DNA of 64,000 nucleotides from Octopus sinensis. Lineage: Eukaryota. The translations under genes and the position numbers were made by a program. Shown piece after piece: positions 38,532 through 53,329 of this stretch; positions within the stretch are counted from its first letter, which is position 1, and each line of letters opens with the position of its first letter. The stretch lies in assembly GCF_006345805.1 (NCBI RefSeq), contig NC_043009.1:63798001-63862000 (forward strand). The letters are read 5' to 3'. The notes beneath the pieces are model-generated. The model worked only from the letters and a program-made list of their open reading frames with translations. It searched no databases and was not told where the DNA came from.

Positions 38532-40431
38532 ATGCTCCTAAGACCAATTTACTGGTTTCTGTGGCATAAATATTCCTCCTCTGGATAGGATGCCAGTCTG
38601 TCGTGGGATTCCACATTCTTGGCAGCTGAGTGGACTGGACCACATAAAATGAAGTGCTTTGCTCAAGAACACAACACATCACCCAGTCCAGGTATTGAAA
38701 CCACAATCTTACAATCTTGAGTGTAACGCCCCTAGCCACTGAACCATGTAGCTCCACACTACCCTTCAAAGATGGTCAATATTTCTTATTGGTGTATAAA
38801 ACGGATATTGTAAATAAACATGGATATGGCTGTGTAGTTAAGAAGCTTACTTCAGAACCTCGTGGTTTTCAGTTCAATCCCAGCATGCAGAATCTTGGGC
38901 AAATATTTTCTGCTATAACCTCAGACTAACCAATGCATTGTGAGTGAATTTAGTATATAGAAACTGTGTGGAAGCCCACTGTGTAAAATAAGTAGGTGTG
39001 TGTATGCGTGTGTGTGTGTGTTGTGTGTGTGTGTGCCCTCTCACCACTTGACAACCAATGCTGGTTTGTTTACAGCCCTATAACTTAGCTGTTTGGCAAA
39101 AGACACCTATAGAATAAGTTGCTGAATTAAAAAACAACAACAACCAAGAACTGAGGTTGATTTGTTTGACTAAAGACTTTAAGGTGATGCCCCAGCATGG
39201 CCACAGTCCAATGAGTGAAACGAGTAAAAAATAGAAGACAAAAGATCAGTCAAGATAAATCGGGGGGTGGGGTAGGGGGTAGATAGTAATTTTCTTTTTT
39301 TTTCTTTTTCTTGCTTTTAATTGCCTCTGGAGTATTAATTACTTTGACTACATCTAATTAGAGTGAAGATATTGGCAAGTAGATCAAACATGAGTCTTCC
39401 TGAGCTGTAAAATTGTAAACAAGCAATTTTCTCTCAGCTGTTTATTTACTATTTTAACAAAAAAAAGAGTAATGAATAGCCAAATGAAGGGGGTGGAAGG
39501 ATGGAGAAGGGGGGTGGAAGGATGGTCAGTCAGCTGAGCTTTTGAAGTTGTTGTTGTTGTTGTTCTTAATAAGAATCTTAAAATCTTGGTTCATTTTCTC
39601 AGTTTTGACTCTCTTTTTTTTTCTGGAAGCTGGCAGCGTTACGGTCATTACCTGTTTGGGGTAAATTCTACAGGTTATGGTCACGTTGGAACCACCAGGA
39701 ATTGAACCTGTCCAAGATGCACGCAGGGTGAGGAAACCATCCAGCATGCTCTTGTTTGTGTGCCTTTGTATTTCTTATTTGCATGTTTAAGCCGAGCAGT
39801 TGTTATCACATGTAAGACAGGCCTGGACTTCATAAAGGGTATGGCACGTTGTGACACTGCTATTTTGGTGTCACTTATTCTGCACCATTGATCCAATGCT
39901 GATATATTTGACATCAGATGCTTTGTGGCAATTGTTTTCCAGCTGGGGTCCACTTATGATTTTGATGTTAAAATTTATGCATGATAAACTTCTAGAAGAC
40001 ACAAAATATTTTTACAATTATTTTATACGATTCTTTATAATACCTAATTAGAGATAAACAATAAGGTTTTTTTAAACATCAAATGGTTATGGGAAAAAAA
40101 AAACAGGAATTGAAGGGGTCCATAGACAAAAAATTGTTGAGAGCTGCTGTTTTAAGGTTTCAGTGTTTCTTATTTCTTTACTGCCCAAAAGGGGTTACAC
40201 ACAGAGGGGACAAGCAAGGACAGACAAATGCATTAAATCGATTACATCGACCCCAGTGTGTAACTAGTATTTATTTAATTGACCTTGAAAGGATGAAAGG
40301 CAAAGTCAACCTCGGCAGAATTTGAACTCAGAATGTAGCGGCAGATGAAAAACTGCTAAGCATTTCACCCAGTGTGCTAACTTTTCTGCCAGCTCGCCGC
40401 CTTGTTTCAATGTTTCTCTCATTCTCTCTTT

Positions 40432-40498
<67 letters not shown>

Positions 40499-41039
40499 CT
40501 CTCTTTCTCTCTCTCTCCCTCTCTCTTTCTCTGTGTCTCTTTCAATCTCTTTATCTGTATCCATATATTTCTACTCATGCATGCATGTGTTTGCCAAAGC
40601 ATACTGTTGCCAAGACAGGCCGAATCTCCGGTCTGCCGTGCCAAACCATCAGCGTCCATACAGCCGTGCCCAACTGTCTCATTCCATTCATGAAGACCAA
40701 GAAGTATTCTTGCTCATGAGGAAGCTGTGGCAAAGAATATTCTCTAATTGTATGCAGTTGAAATGTTTGAGGACAGAGGTTTTCCTCTCAGGCCAAGCCC
40801 TCATCAAGTATCACTCTAAGTTTCAGTTGAAGTGGAAGATAAGTGGAGAGAAAGTGGGGCTAATCTCCAGTAAATTTTATGAAACATAGTTGGGAATGGC
40901 AAGATTAGCATGACTAGATGGACTTAGGTTTTGAAATTCAATAAACACACATCAAAATAGAAGTAAGAATATTTATAAAATGTAGAAATCCCACAAGTCT
41001 CACTGGTTATTATGATTATTATTATTACTATTATTATTA

Positions 41040-41340
41040 TCATTATTATTATTGAGTGAGAGAGCAGTGCATGCCATCAAAGTGACATTGGGGTAAAATA
41101 TATGAAGCCCAGTATACCCATCATTACTACCTGTCTGATAAGGGTACACTAGGCACATGCCTCACAACCATATGTGTGCGACATGGTGATTTCATATCAA
41201 GATAAACAGTACATGACCTTGCAGGTGGAGCCTAGTTAGAATTTTCTTCTGGTCGAGTAACCCATCTCGCTCAAAATGTCCCTGAATAAGGGTTGTTTAA
41301 GGATGTTGAACGAAACACCCATGTTTCTGAAGGTGAATTA
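41040..41340 (-). mobile_element. Interspersed repeat with (AAT)n tail (retroposon 3' end)
   Basis: GAGTGAGAGAGCAGTGCATGCCATCAAAGTGACA also occurs at ~6240-6325, next to an (ATT)n tract. Confidence 0.65.
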
Positions 41341-41739
41341 TCCAAACTCCAACTGGAATAGCTGTGTATCCCCTCAGCCATGTAACACACCTGTTCCTGT
41401 CCCCCCCATCATATTCTAATCTCTCAGCACCTGGCATAAAGTCCACCTCCCTCAATACTACACCCCCACCTTCCACTCATTTGCAAGGGCCCCGTTTTGC
41501 AAGTTACTTGGTGACCTCACCGGTGCTGGTGCCACAAAGAAAGCATCCAGTACATTCTGCAACATGGTTTGCATCCAGCCTTAGAAGTGCATCCAGCCTT
41601 AGAATCCATACCAAGGCTTGACACAGTCCTCTGGTTTATCAAATACTATCGAACTGTCCAGTCTGTGCCAGAATACAAGACAGACATTAAGAGATGATGA
41701 TGATGATGATGATGATAGTATATATATGGCTGGATATAC

Positions 41740-41775
<36 letters not shown>

Positions 41776-41838
41776 ATACATATGTACATAAACATATATA
41801 CATATACACCCATTCATATATTATACACCGACACACAT

Positions 41839-41869
<31 letters not shown>

Positions 41870-42997
41870 CAGACACACACATACAGACATGTATAGTGTA
41901 TCATGTGTATGCATATATGTATATATGCATATATGTATATATGCATATATGTATATATGCATATATGTATACATATATATATTTTCCTGGTGAAAGCCGG
42001 TTTATGAGCCTAAAAACCGGCCTTCATAATATAGATTGCTCTACATCTTAGAGTGTGTTTCTTCTCCAGATTTATCTTTTTCTAAAAACGATATATATGT
42101 GTGTGTATATATATATATTTTTGTGCTTTCTTGTTTGGATTAACTATATATATATATATGTGTGTTGTGTGTGTGTGTGTGTATGTATGTGTGTATAACA
42201 TATACATATATACATTCATACATAAATACACATACACACATGTATACTCAAAATGCTGCAATGGCGATATTCCTAATATTAGCTGCAGTAACAGCAGCAC
42301 CATCATCACAACTATAAACTTCCTCATCAGCGTCACCAGAGCTTTCGTCATCATCATCATCATCATCATCAGTATAATCTCTGTCACCATCATGCCATTG
42401 TTATCATCATCATTATCCTCATGATCAAATTAAGTCTCGATGCTGTCATGCTGGCTTATCGGAATATAATAGGTGTTTTGTTTCAGTTTAACAACCAGAC
42501 TTATCATCATCATCATCATCATCATCACTAACATCATCAATTTTCATCATCATCATCATCATCATCATCATCGTTGTTGTCATCATCTTCGCAGCTAGCG
42601 TCAGAAACATCCACGTAACACTATTCCTTTTTTCCTGTTTCTCTTCCCCCACATCCTCTCGTTTCCTACTGGAAGACGATCATTAGATGTGACAAACTAC
42701 AGATGGATCTAGTGCTGGATCAATGGAGAGACTGAGAGACAGACAGACAGACAGACTGGCAGGCATGCAGGCTGAACAGCGACAGACAGTCAGAAGGCAA
42801 AGGGTGTCTGTAGTTATGATGAATAGTCTGCTATGCTCCACCAACGTTAACAGCCGGCTGCCCTTGACATTGGTATAACCCGGTGATAGAGACACTAACA
42901 CTCAGACTGGATCGTTTAAGTACCATTAAAATGCACCACACACCTACACATACACACATACATACACATACACACACATATATATATATACATATAC

Positions 42998-43045
<48 letters not shown>

Positions 43046-43047
43046 TA

Positions 43048-43112
<65 letters not shown>

Positions 43113-43151
43113 TCAAGCCAATGTTAATAAAAAAGCACCACATTTGATTAA

Positions 43152-43193
<42 letters not shown>

Positions 43194-43435
43194 ACACATA
43201 TATATATATTATTGTTTTATTCTTTTGCTTGTTTCAGGTCATTTTGACTGTGGCCATGCTGGAGCACCACCTTGAAGTGCTTTGGTCGAACAATTCAACC
43301 CCATTCTATCAGTCTCTTTATTCTATCAGTGTCTTTGCTGAACCGTTAAGTTACAGGGATGTTAAACACTCCAACAGCGGTTGTCAAGCAGTAATGGAGG
43401 GACAAACACTCACAAAGACACACACTCACACACAC

Positions 43436-43509
<74 letters not shown>

Positions 43510-43586
43510 GATGGGCTTCTTTCAGTTTCATTTTACAAAATCTACTCACAGGGTTTTAGTTGGCCTGATACTATAGAAGACACTTG

Positions 43587-43629
<43 letters not shown>

Positions 43630-43659
43630 CACACACACACACATACATACATACATACA

Positions 43660-43690
<31 letters not shown>

Positions 43691-44523
43691 TTATATATCA
43701 ACGTTTGTTTTTATGTTCAGTTATAATAAAAACAGTTTTATATAAACCTGAGGGCTTTTATATTAATCTGTAGAATACAAATTTATTATTGCATTTATGT
43801 TTTGTTTTGACAAATTCTTGATGTGAAATCATGTGTTTAAACAGATATTGTTGTCCTCAGGGATGGTCATATTTTGTGTTTAATTGGCATGCGTTTAATG
43901 GTTGAAATATGGTCATTCCTAAGTATAACAAATTTATTATCCTTTAACGAGAATAGTATTGATAGTGACTTCGAAGTTTTCAGCCAGTTATTCCAGCATT
44001 GAACTGTGCTACATTAAGTGAATCTGAACTCTATATAGTCCCTGTTGAGATAAAGAAATTTTTCTGGGGTTTGTGGGGTTCAGTGGAATGGTGATTAGGT
44101 TGAAGGGGGGGTTGTAATGGAGAGGTGTTGAGGAGAAATTGCTATTGGTTAAATCTGGGGTGTTCACATGTATGCATATATATATATATATATATATGCG
44201 GGCAAAAATTGTGCATATGCACATATACATACACACACTGATGCACACAGTTATATGCATAAATACGTACATGGACACACCCACATATATTCAACACACA
44301 CTCAAAACATACACACTGAGTGATTATAAAAACTGCCACAGATAAGTGAAGTAATGGTAAGTTCATCAATAAAATAGTATAGATCAGAAGCAAGCAAACA
44401 CACTCGTACAGAAATGTGTGTGTGGATGTGTGGATGCATGTATTTGTGTGTGTGTATGGATGGAAAGAAAGAAAGAAAGACAAATTCATAGATAGATAGA
44501 TAGATAGATAGACAGAGACAGAC

Positions 44524-44577
<54 letters not shown>

Positions 44578-44632
44578 TAGATAGATAGATATGTTTCTTT
44601 ATTAGCCACACAGGGCTGCACACAGACAGGAC

Positions 44633-44691
<59 letters not shown>

Positions 44692-45017
44692 CAGATAGAT
44701 AGACAGAAAAACAGAAAAACAGACGGAGATAGATAGATAGATAGATAGATAAATAAACAGAAATATATAAATAAAGAAAGAAAGAAAGAAAGACAGAGAG
44801 ACAAACAGATTGAAAGATAGATAAAAAGATAGATAGATAAACAGAAAGAAAGAAAGAAAGAAAAAAAGAAGGAAGGAAAGGCAGATAGATAGATAGATGG
44901 ATATATAGATACGGATGTATACAGATGTGAAAAGGAAACAGAATGGTTCATAGGTGAAACGAGGATAAAATTGAATGAATTTTCTTCGGTATGAATCTGT
45001 AAAGATGATTGATTGAT

Positions 45018-45058
<41 letters not shown>

Positions 45059-45230
45059 GGAGAAAAAGGAATGGAAGAGAGGAAGAAGGGTGGGAGAAAA
45101 AAGGTCTGTGGAAACAGTGATTGGTTTGTTTGGGGGGGTGGAGGGGAGGTAGAGGGTGGGGGAAGGTGCCGGATGAACAGACGAAGAAAGAGAACAAAAA
45201 TGGACAGCACACACACACACACACACACGT

Positions 45231-45283
<53 letters not shown>

Positions 45284-45334
45284 TATATACATACACTGAA
45301 TGATAGAAAGAAAGATAAAGCAGTTATATCTTAC

Positions 45335-45366
45335 CAGGTGAAAAACTGACCCCAATCAGTCCCCAT
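45335..45366 (-). CDS. Candidate first coding exon, MGTDWGQFFT(W/C); host gene unidentified
   Basis: Strong Kozak context (agcATGG) and donor TG|GTAAGA at 45334. It is preceded by a GA-rich and CpG-containing tract (45370-45640) that resembles a 5' UTR. Confidence 0.35.
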
Positions 45367-45639
45367 GCTTCCAGGTTGGTCGCTCGCTCGCTTACTCTCT
45401 ATCTACTTCTTTCTCTTTTTCTCTCTCTCTTTCTCTTTCTCTTTATATCTCTCTTTCTCTCTCTCTATCCTGCTTCTCTCTCTGTCCTGTTACTCTTTCT
45501 CCCTCTCTCTCCTTCTCTCTCTCCTTGTAGCTCGTAGCTCTCCGGTGTCACACTGGTGACTGACTATTCCACCTCAACACGATGATCTGGTCCTGCACAT
45601 CTCAGCGGCAACACTGCTGCACTTGCTGCTGGTGCCGAC

Positions 45640-46790
45640 AACATACTACCACTAACACTACCACTACTACCACCACTACCACTACAACTACTACCATTAC
45701 TGCTGCTGCTGTCAGTATAGCTGCTGCTATTACTACTACTACTATTACGGCTCATATTATTATTATTATTATTATCACTTGTTCTGCAGCTGTTATTACA
45801 GCTGCTGCTGCTGCTGTTAATGCTGTTGTTGCTGCTGCTGTTGCTGCCACTACTACTATTATTACTACGTAATAGTAATACTACTGCTGCTGCTGCAGTT
45901 ATGGTTGTTGTTATTCATGATGATTACCGCTGCTATTACTTTCACTATTAATACACTGTAGTAGTAGTAGTAGTAGTGGTGGTGGTGGTGGTGGTGGTGG
46001 TGGTGGTGGTGTGGTGGTGGTGGTGGTGGTGGTAAAAAAGCAGCAGTAGGTGTAGTGATACAACTGCTGCAGCTACCGCTGCAGCGGTTGCTGCAGTTGC
46101 TGCTGTTATTATCGAAGAGGTTACACATCAATAAATATCATCTTCATCATCACCACCTTCACCACCACCACTGCCGCCACCACCACCACCACCACCACCA
46201 CCACCATCATCATCATCAACATCATCATTATCATCATCATCTTTGTAACCATCAGAAATGCTAATATATTATAAACAAAATGTGTAGTAAGGAATGTGTA
46301 GGAGGATGGGAAAGGGGGGGGTGAATCGTGGAGGTGGGGAAATAGGGGGAGGAGGAGAGGAGGAGGAGGAGGAGGAAGCAGAAAAACCCAGGAAAAGGGA
46401 ATTTTCCAGAACTGTGATATCCAGTATGGACAGAATTTAAAGCATCTGCCAGCTTCCTCGTCATCATCATCATCACCACCACCATCATCATCATCATTAT
46501 CGTCATCATAATCATCATCATCACCTTCATCATCGTCATCATCATCATCATTATCGTCATCATAATCATCATCATCATCATCATCACCATCATCATCATC
46601 ATAATCATCATCATCACCACCACCATCATCATCATCATCATCATCATAATCATCATCATCATCATCATCATCATCCTCATCATCCCCATCACCATCACCA
46701 TCACTATCATCATCATCATCATCATTACCATCTTCCCCCAGCAGCAGCAGCAGTAGCAGCAATGGTGGTGGTAAGAGTAGCAAATATAAT
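45640..46790. repeat. Long compound trinucleotide region (CTA/CTG/GTG/CAC/CAT)
   Basis: Direct inspection. Confidence 0.9.
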
Positions 46791-47156
46791 ATCAATGCGA
46801 TATTAAACATCATTCAATGTCAATAGGTTTGTATCAGCCTATGCACACACACGCACACGCACACACGGATGCAGACAAACACATGCACATAAACACACAC
46901 ACACACACACACAATCACACATATAATTGCACACACACATATACAGACTTCTACACTGACATATTCATACACACATACATGCATGCACGTGCACAAACAC
47001 ACCTATATGCTCATACACATGTGTACACCACATATGCACATACACACACACACACACATACATGCATGTGGAAACATGCACACACACACATTAACACACA
47101 CTTATATACACTTTTTCATATGCACACATATATATATATATATGTGTGTGTGTATG

Positions 47157-47234
<78 letters not shown>

Positions 47235-47255
47235 TATATATACACACATATATAC

Positions 47256-47320
<65 letters not shown>

Positions 47321-47449
47321 ATCATCTTTGTAAATATCATCATCATTATTATGATCATCATTAACATCATCACCATCGTCAACATCATCATCATCATCAT
47401 CATCATCACCATGATAACATTTATTTTCCTCCATGTTATCCTGGAGTTT

Positions 47450-47760
47450 CAAATGAGTCAACACAGCAAACAGCCAATCCCCCACACCAGTTCATCCTGT
47501 ATTATCTCCCCTTACGAGTGCTCTCCTCAATCCCTCCACAGATCCAATTTCAATTCTTTTCACCCACAACTTTATTGGTTTTTTACTCTACCACGTCCGT
47601 CTTTTGCAATCATCACCTCTCACACTTCTACACCATTCCCTCATTACCGAATTACATCACATGTCTATACCACAGCCATCATCTCTCCTGCGTACATCGG
47701 CTGATGTCTTTAAAGTCCAGCTTCTCCCTGGGTTTATTTCCACCTCATCCTTCTCCCTAT
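47450..47760 (-). pseudogene. Decayed RTE LINE ORF2 C-terminal fragment
   Basis: Minus strand reads [23 protein letters not shown], matching the RTE EKL....R..VQERRLRWYGHVM motif. Confidence 0.7.
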
Positions 47761-47898
47761 TTCTGTTTTAGGGATTGCATCTGCTTCATTCCCAAGGATC
47801 ATCCATGTCTCCCTAACATTCAACAAAAAGGAACACGTGATCTCTCAACATGCTAGAAAAAGCAGCTTAATTCTCCTAAAATACACCATACGTAGGTG

Positions 47899-48057
47899 TA
47901 GGAGTGGCTGTGTGGTAAGTAGCTTGCTCATGAACCACATGGTTCCGGGTTCAGTCCCACTGCGTGGCACCTTGGGCAAGCGTCTTCTACTCCAGCCTCG
48001 GGCTGACCAATGCCTTGTTGGTGGATTTGGTAGACGGAAACTGAAAAAAGCCCATCG

Positions 48058-48130
<73 letters not shown>

Positions 48131-48345
48131 GTGTATATGTTTGTGTGTCTGTGTTTGTTCCCCCCACCATTGCTTGACAACCGATGTTGGTGTGTTTATG
48201 TCTTCGTAACTTAGTGGTTCGGTAAAAGAAACCAATAGAATAAGTACTAGGTATACAAAGAATAAGTCCTGGGGTTGATTTGCTTGACTAAAGGCAGTGC
48301 TCCAGCATGGCCACAGTCAAATGACTGAAACAAGTAAAAGAGTAT
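47899..48345 (+). mobile_element. Full-length family A SINE
   Basis: Complete head, internal (TG)n and AAGTAAAAGAGT tail. Confidence 0.9.
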
Positions 48346-50029
48346 ACCGTTTTTACATAAGACGCATTGGTTATTATCATCCAAAGTTCACAAAGCCTGA
48401 AAATAAGGTGGTAAGGTCATGGTTGGAGCGGCTTTGATTATAGGCTTTCTCAGTGAAACCTGACCTAGTGTTAAACAAGACCAACATGCATACAGCTTAT
48501 ATATCATTTAATCAAACAGAAGTGTTTAGTTGCGACAGAAATAACAGCCTCTGGGTGGTGAGCTGGTAGAAACGTTATAAAGCTACTAAGGTGGCCCTGA
48601 CTGAGATGGAAAATCAACTTCCCACTGAACAGTTGCCAGTGAGGGGGCTCATTAGTCTAGGGTCCCAATTATGATCTATGAATGTTGTGGTTTGCTGCCA
48701 ATAAATAAGTGTTGTAGAGCATGTGCACTGATTTGCCCAGGGGTCTTACAGTTTTAGGGTCCCTATTCTGATCTCTGTGTGTTGTGGCTTGCTGTCAATA
48801 AATAGATACTTTAGGGCACAATGCATTGATTTGCCCAGGAGGCTATAAAGCTACTAAGATGGTCCTGGTCCTATGACCCCTAAAATTCAGAAAATAAAGT
48901 ATCAGAAAAAATAAGGCTTTTTCATTCAAGTTTACCCAGGATTAATATTTCATTTTCTTAAACCCCAACAAAAGAATAAAAAACAAGGCTGACCTTAGCT
49001 GGATTTGAACTCAGAGTGCAAAGAGATATAACAAATAAATTAACAGTAGTGGCTTGAGTCTGAGGAAGACACTTGTGCAATTTATTCTGGAACAAACTGT
49101 TGAGATGATTACCGGCACAGGTGCCAGGAGAGGCTGGAAAAATCACCAACCGATCGTGGCCATTGCCAACCTCCCTTGGCACCTGTGCTGGTGGCATGTA
49201 AAAAGCACCCACTACACTCACGGAGTGGTTGGCGTTAGGAAGAGCATCCAGCTGTAGAAACATTGCCAGATCAGACTGGAGCCTGGTGCAGCTTCCTGGC
49301 TTCCTAAACCCCAGTCAAACTGTCCAACCCATGCTAGCATGGATAACAGACGTTAAACGATGATGATGATGATGATGATCAAATGTTTGGCCCTACATAA
49401 ACTCCTTCTCTCTGTCAAATGAAAAGTGCGTGAACAGGTGCACAGGTGAGCTGCATATTAGATGTCAAGGTGACCACAGTGCAACATGAGGTGATGTGTT
49501 TTGCTCAATAATACAATGCACTGTCCAGTCCAGGAATTGAACCCATGATCTCACAACTGTTAGTGCAGCACCCTAACTACATCATGTGCCCTCACAAGGG
49601 TTATAACAAATGTCATAAAGCATTTTGTCCTAATGATGCTCTAATGATTCAGGGGATTTGCCATCCATCAATAGATTTAAATATTGTTATAGGTGTGGCC
49701 ATGCTGTTACTGTATAGACCAACCACATGAATGTAGTACCTTTGGTAGCATCAATTTTCCTACATTCAAGCAAGGAAAGGAAGGCCATAGGGACAAAGTC
49801 CATGGAGATGAAGGTTATTGGTGCCAAATCTTTCTCCTGACTGACACTATAAAATATGAGCCTTCAGACCCAGTCTCAATGTCAATGGGAACGGTGTCAA
49901 TGTTTTAACCCGTGTCCTCTACAGACACATCAAAGAACATCTTCCAATGGCGGGAGATTTGTGTTCTGTTATTCAGACTGGTAATCAGACGTATATAGAG
50001 TGATGACAAAAGAGAGAGAGAGAGACAAA

Positions 50030-50462
50030 TAGATGGATGGATGCATGGATGGATGGATGGATGGATGGGTGGATGGATGGATAGTTGGATGGATGGATGG
50101 GTGGATGGGTGGATGGATGGATGGGTGGATGGGTGGATGGATGGATGGATGGATGGATGGATGGATGGTTGAAGGGATGGATGGATGGACGGAGGGATGG
50201 ATGGACGGAGGGATGGATGGATGGATGGGTGGATGGATGGAGGGAGGGATGGATGGAGGGAGGGAGGGAGGGATAGATGTATGAAGGGATGGATGGATGG
50301 ATGGATGGATGGATGGATGAAGGGATGGATGGATGGACGGAGGGATGGATGGATGGATGGATGGATGGATGGAGGGAGGAATGGATGGATGGAGGGAGGG
50401 AGGGAGGGAGGGATGGATGAAGGGATGGATGGACGGATAGATAGACAGACGGAGAAGGAGCC

Positions 50463-50500
<38 letters not shown>
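50030..50500. repeat. (GGAT/GGAG/GGGT)n purine-rich satellite
   Basis: Direct inspection; it explains the MDGW ORFs. Confidence 0.95.
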
Positions 50501-50504
<4 letters not shown>

Positions 50505-50842
50505 GTAGACAGCTGCTTATAAACAGAGGAAGAGAGAGAGAAAGATTAAAAGATAAAACAAATATGAATGAAAGAGACGATTTGGTTGGTTGGCAAAGTA
50601 ATTAGCTGGCATTGATAATATAATGTCAATTACTTCATACCGACTCCTAATTGGTGGAGGCTATGTTTAGTAATGTACTATGGCAGATTGCCAGCTACTA
50701 TTGATCCATGTATATATATATGTACATATATTTATATATTCATGCATATATGAATATATATTTATGTGTGTGTGCATGTATGTGTGTGTACATATATATA
50801 CATACATACATACATATATATATACATATATATATACATACA

Positions 50843-50878
<36 letters not shown>

Positions 50879-51593
50879 TATACATATATATATACATACA
50901 AACATACATACTTACATACATACATACATACAAATATACATATATATATAAATATAAGAGTATCTATCTATCATCATATGTACATATATACATACACACA
51001 CACATATATATATAATATATATATACAAGCATAGATACATATACATAAATATATATATATACACACACATGCACACACATGCACACACACATGCACACAC
51101 ACACACACATGCATGCACATCCGCACACACACGTGCGCACACGCACACACACACATGTATATATAAAGTCCATCCTTGCCCATCCAATCTAGCTTCTTCT
51201 TTCATCTTCCCTTGGTGCCCCCTCTTCTAATTCACTGAAAGTACTCCAAGGCTTTTGTAATACTTTTGTATTACAACAGCTCAGTCTTACATGCACTTCT
51301 CAATTTAACTTCAGACACTAAGCATGTGTGCATGTGTGTGTGTGTGTGTGGTGATTGCTCCATTGTCGCAGATGATTGCCATGTCTTTGCGCTTCCTCAT
51401 CAATGGCATTTCTGACTCTCCATCCACGACCTCTCAGGTGACTCTTCAGTCCAACTGTAGATCTAGTTCAATCTGCATACATCATTACCACTCCTCCATT
51501 GCCTTAGGATTTTCAGCAGAGGAAATGACAAATGAGGTCACCTTAGAGAGATATCTGTACATCACTGGATTATTGTGACATTTGTTATACATA

Positions 51594-51860
51594 TAATAAT
51601 AATAATAATAATGAAATTATTGTATACAGTGCTCAGGTGCACCACAACTTGTCAGAAGTGCATATAAAGCATATGCAGTAATGTACAAATGTCTGGGAAG
51701 TGAACAGTGTATGAGTCAGATACATGCTTGTGTGTGTATGGAGGGGAGAAAATCAGGTGTAGTGTTGGCGAATCTCAGAAAGCATGGAAGTTTTGAAGGA
51801 TGCAATGCTCCGACAACTAACAACTGATACCGGCAGTCTGTTCCATGCTTCAGCAACTCT
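51594..51860 (-). pseudogene. CR1-type LINE 3' end with (ATT)n tail
   Basis: Minus strand reads RVAEAWNRLPVSVVSCRSIASFKTSMLSEIRQHYT*, then a 3' UTR. The same UTR end occurs at 13490-13560. Confidence 0.85.
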
Positions 51861-52893
51861 TAGATACTATATGTATATAGTATCTAGATACTACATACAT
51901 ATGTATATAGTATCTAGGGACAGGGTGAAATGGGTAGAGGCACGTGGCTTAGTGGTTAGGGTGTTGGACTCATGATTGTAAAATTGTGGTTTCAATTCTT
52001 GGACCAGGCAACGCATCGTGTTCTTGAGTAAAACACTTCATTTCATGTCACTCCAGTCCACTCAGCTGGCAAAAATGAGTTAATCCTGTGATGGACTAGC
52101 ATCCCGTCCAGGTGGGGAATTTATCCACCATAGAAACTGGGGAACCGGCCCTTATGAGTCGAGTGAGATAAAATAACCAGTCACTACCAGGAACTACAGA
52201 ATGTCCCACTCCTAGCAGGATGCTGAAACAACAGCCAGGACTCCCTCATTCTCAGTGGCTTTATTGCACGCCCTGACGCCAAGCAAGGTTGGTGTTGGTT
52301 CATTACAGTTAGATGCTAATTAACTCGTTGATGAGAGCCTGGCAGAAGCCACTGCTTAGGTCAGAGCAGATATAGGGAAAATAAGGACTAAGAACTGGTA
52401 CAGCACTCCTCAAAACTCTGGAATTCCCAAACCAGGGACCCCACTATTGGATAAACACATGCATACATATACACACACACATACACACACACATACATAC
52501 ATACATAATTATATATAGACACACACAGGGTCCAGCCGAAATTGCGAGGATGATCCGGTTCTTGACTGAAGATTGAAGGCTTTGAATGTCCAGTCTGTGT
52601 TTTTTGTATCATCTTCTAAATGTTTGGCGTTCTTGTCCCAGTTTGTATTTTTTTTACATATACATATATACATATATATATATATATGTACATACAGGTA
52701 CATGTGTGTGTGTGTAATGTTTAGTTCTTACATGTATTCACATGAGGAAAATGTTTGTTTGTTTTTTTGAATGATGTAACACATGTATTTAATAACAAAA
52801 CCACTGAAACAGCTGCAGTGAAGTGAACCACAATCCATCTGTTTTTATTTGTATATGTATATATATATATATGTATATATGTAATCATGTATG

Positions 52894-52925
<32 letters not shown>

Positions 52926-53329
52926 TGTATGTATGTTGTATGTATGTATGTATGTATGTATGTGTGTATGTGTGTGTGTATGTAATTATGTATGTATGTA
53001 TATATGTATGTATGTATAAGTGTGTGTGTCTTTGTGTCCGTGTTTATCACCCATCACTGCTTGACAACCAGTGTTGGTGTGTTTACATCCCCATAACATA
53101 GCAGTTCAGCAAAAGAGAGACCAATAGAAGAAGTACCAGCTTTGAAAAAAAAGAAATAACTACCAGAGTCTCTATTCATTTAATAAAAAAATTCTTCAAA
53201 GCGATGCCCCAGCATGGCCACAGTGTAATGACTGAAACAAGTAAAAGGTAAAAGATAAAAACTATCTACTCTTGAAGGACCAACAACTTCCTCCCTTTTC
53301 TTGTCCTTAATTGCTTTTATGTCCCACAT

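Noticed and set aside
39674-39727. GYGHVG resembling a potassium-channel pore motif in a plus-strand exon-like segment
   Set aside because: That frame stops a few codons later, and the other frames give nothing recognisable.
40590-40889. Unique-looking ORFs on both strands
   Set aside because: No recognisable motif and no convincing splice pair.
51345-51400. Minus-strand MAIICDNGA resembling the actin N-terminal motif
   Set aside because: No GSG/KAG continuation. The surrounding sequence looks like a decayed retroposon 3' end running into (CA)n.
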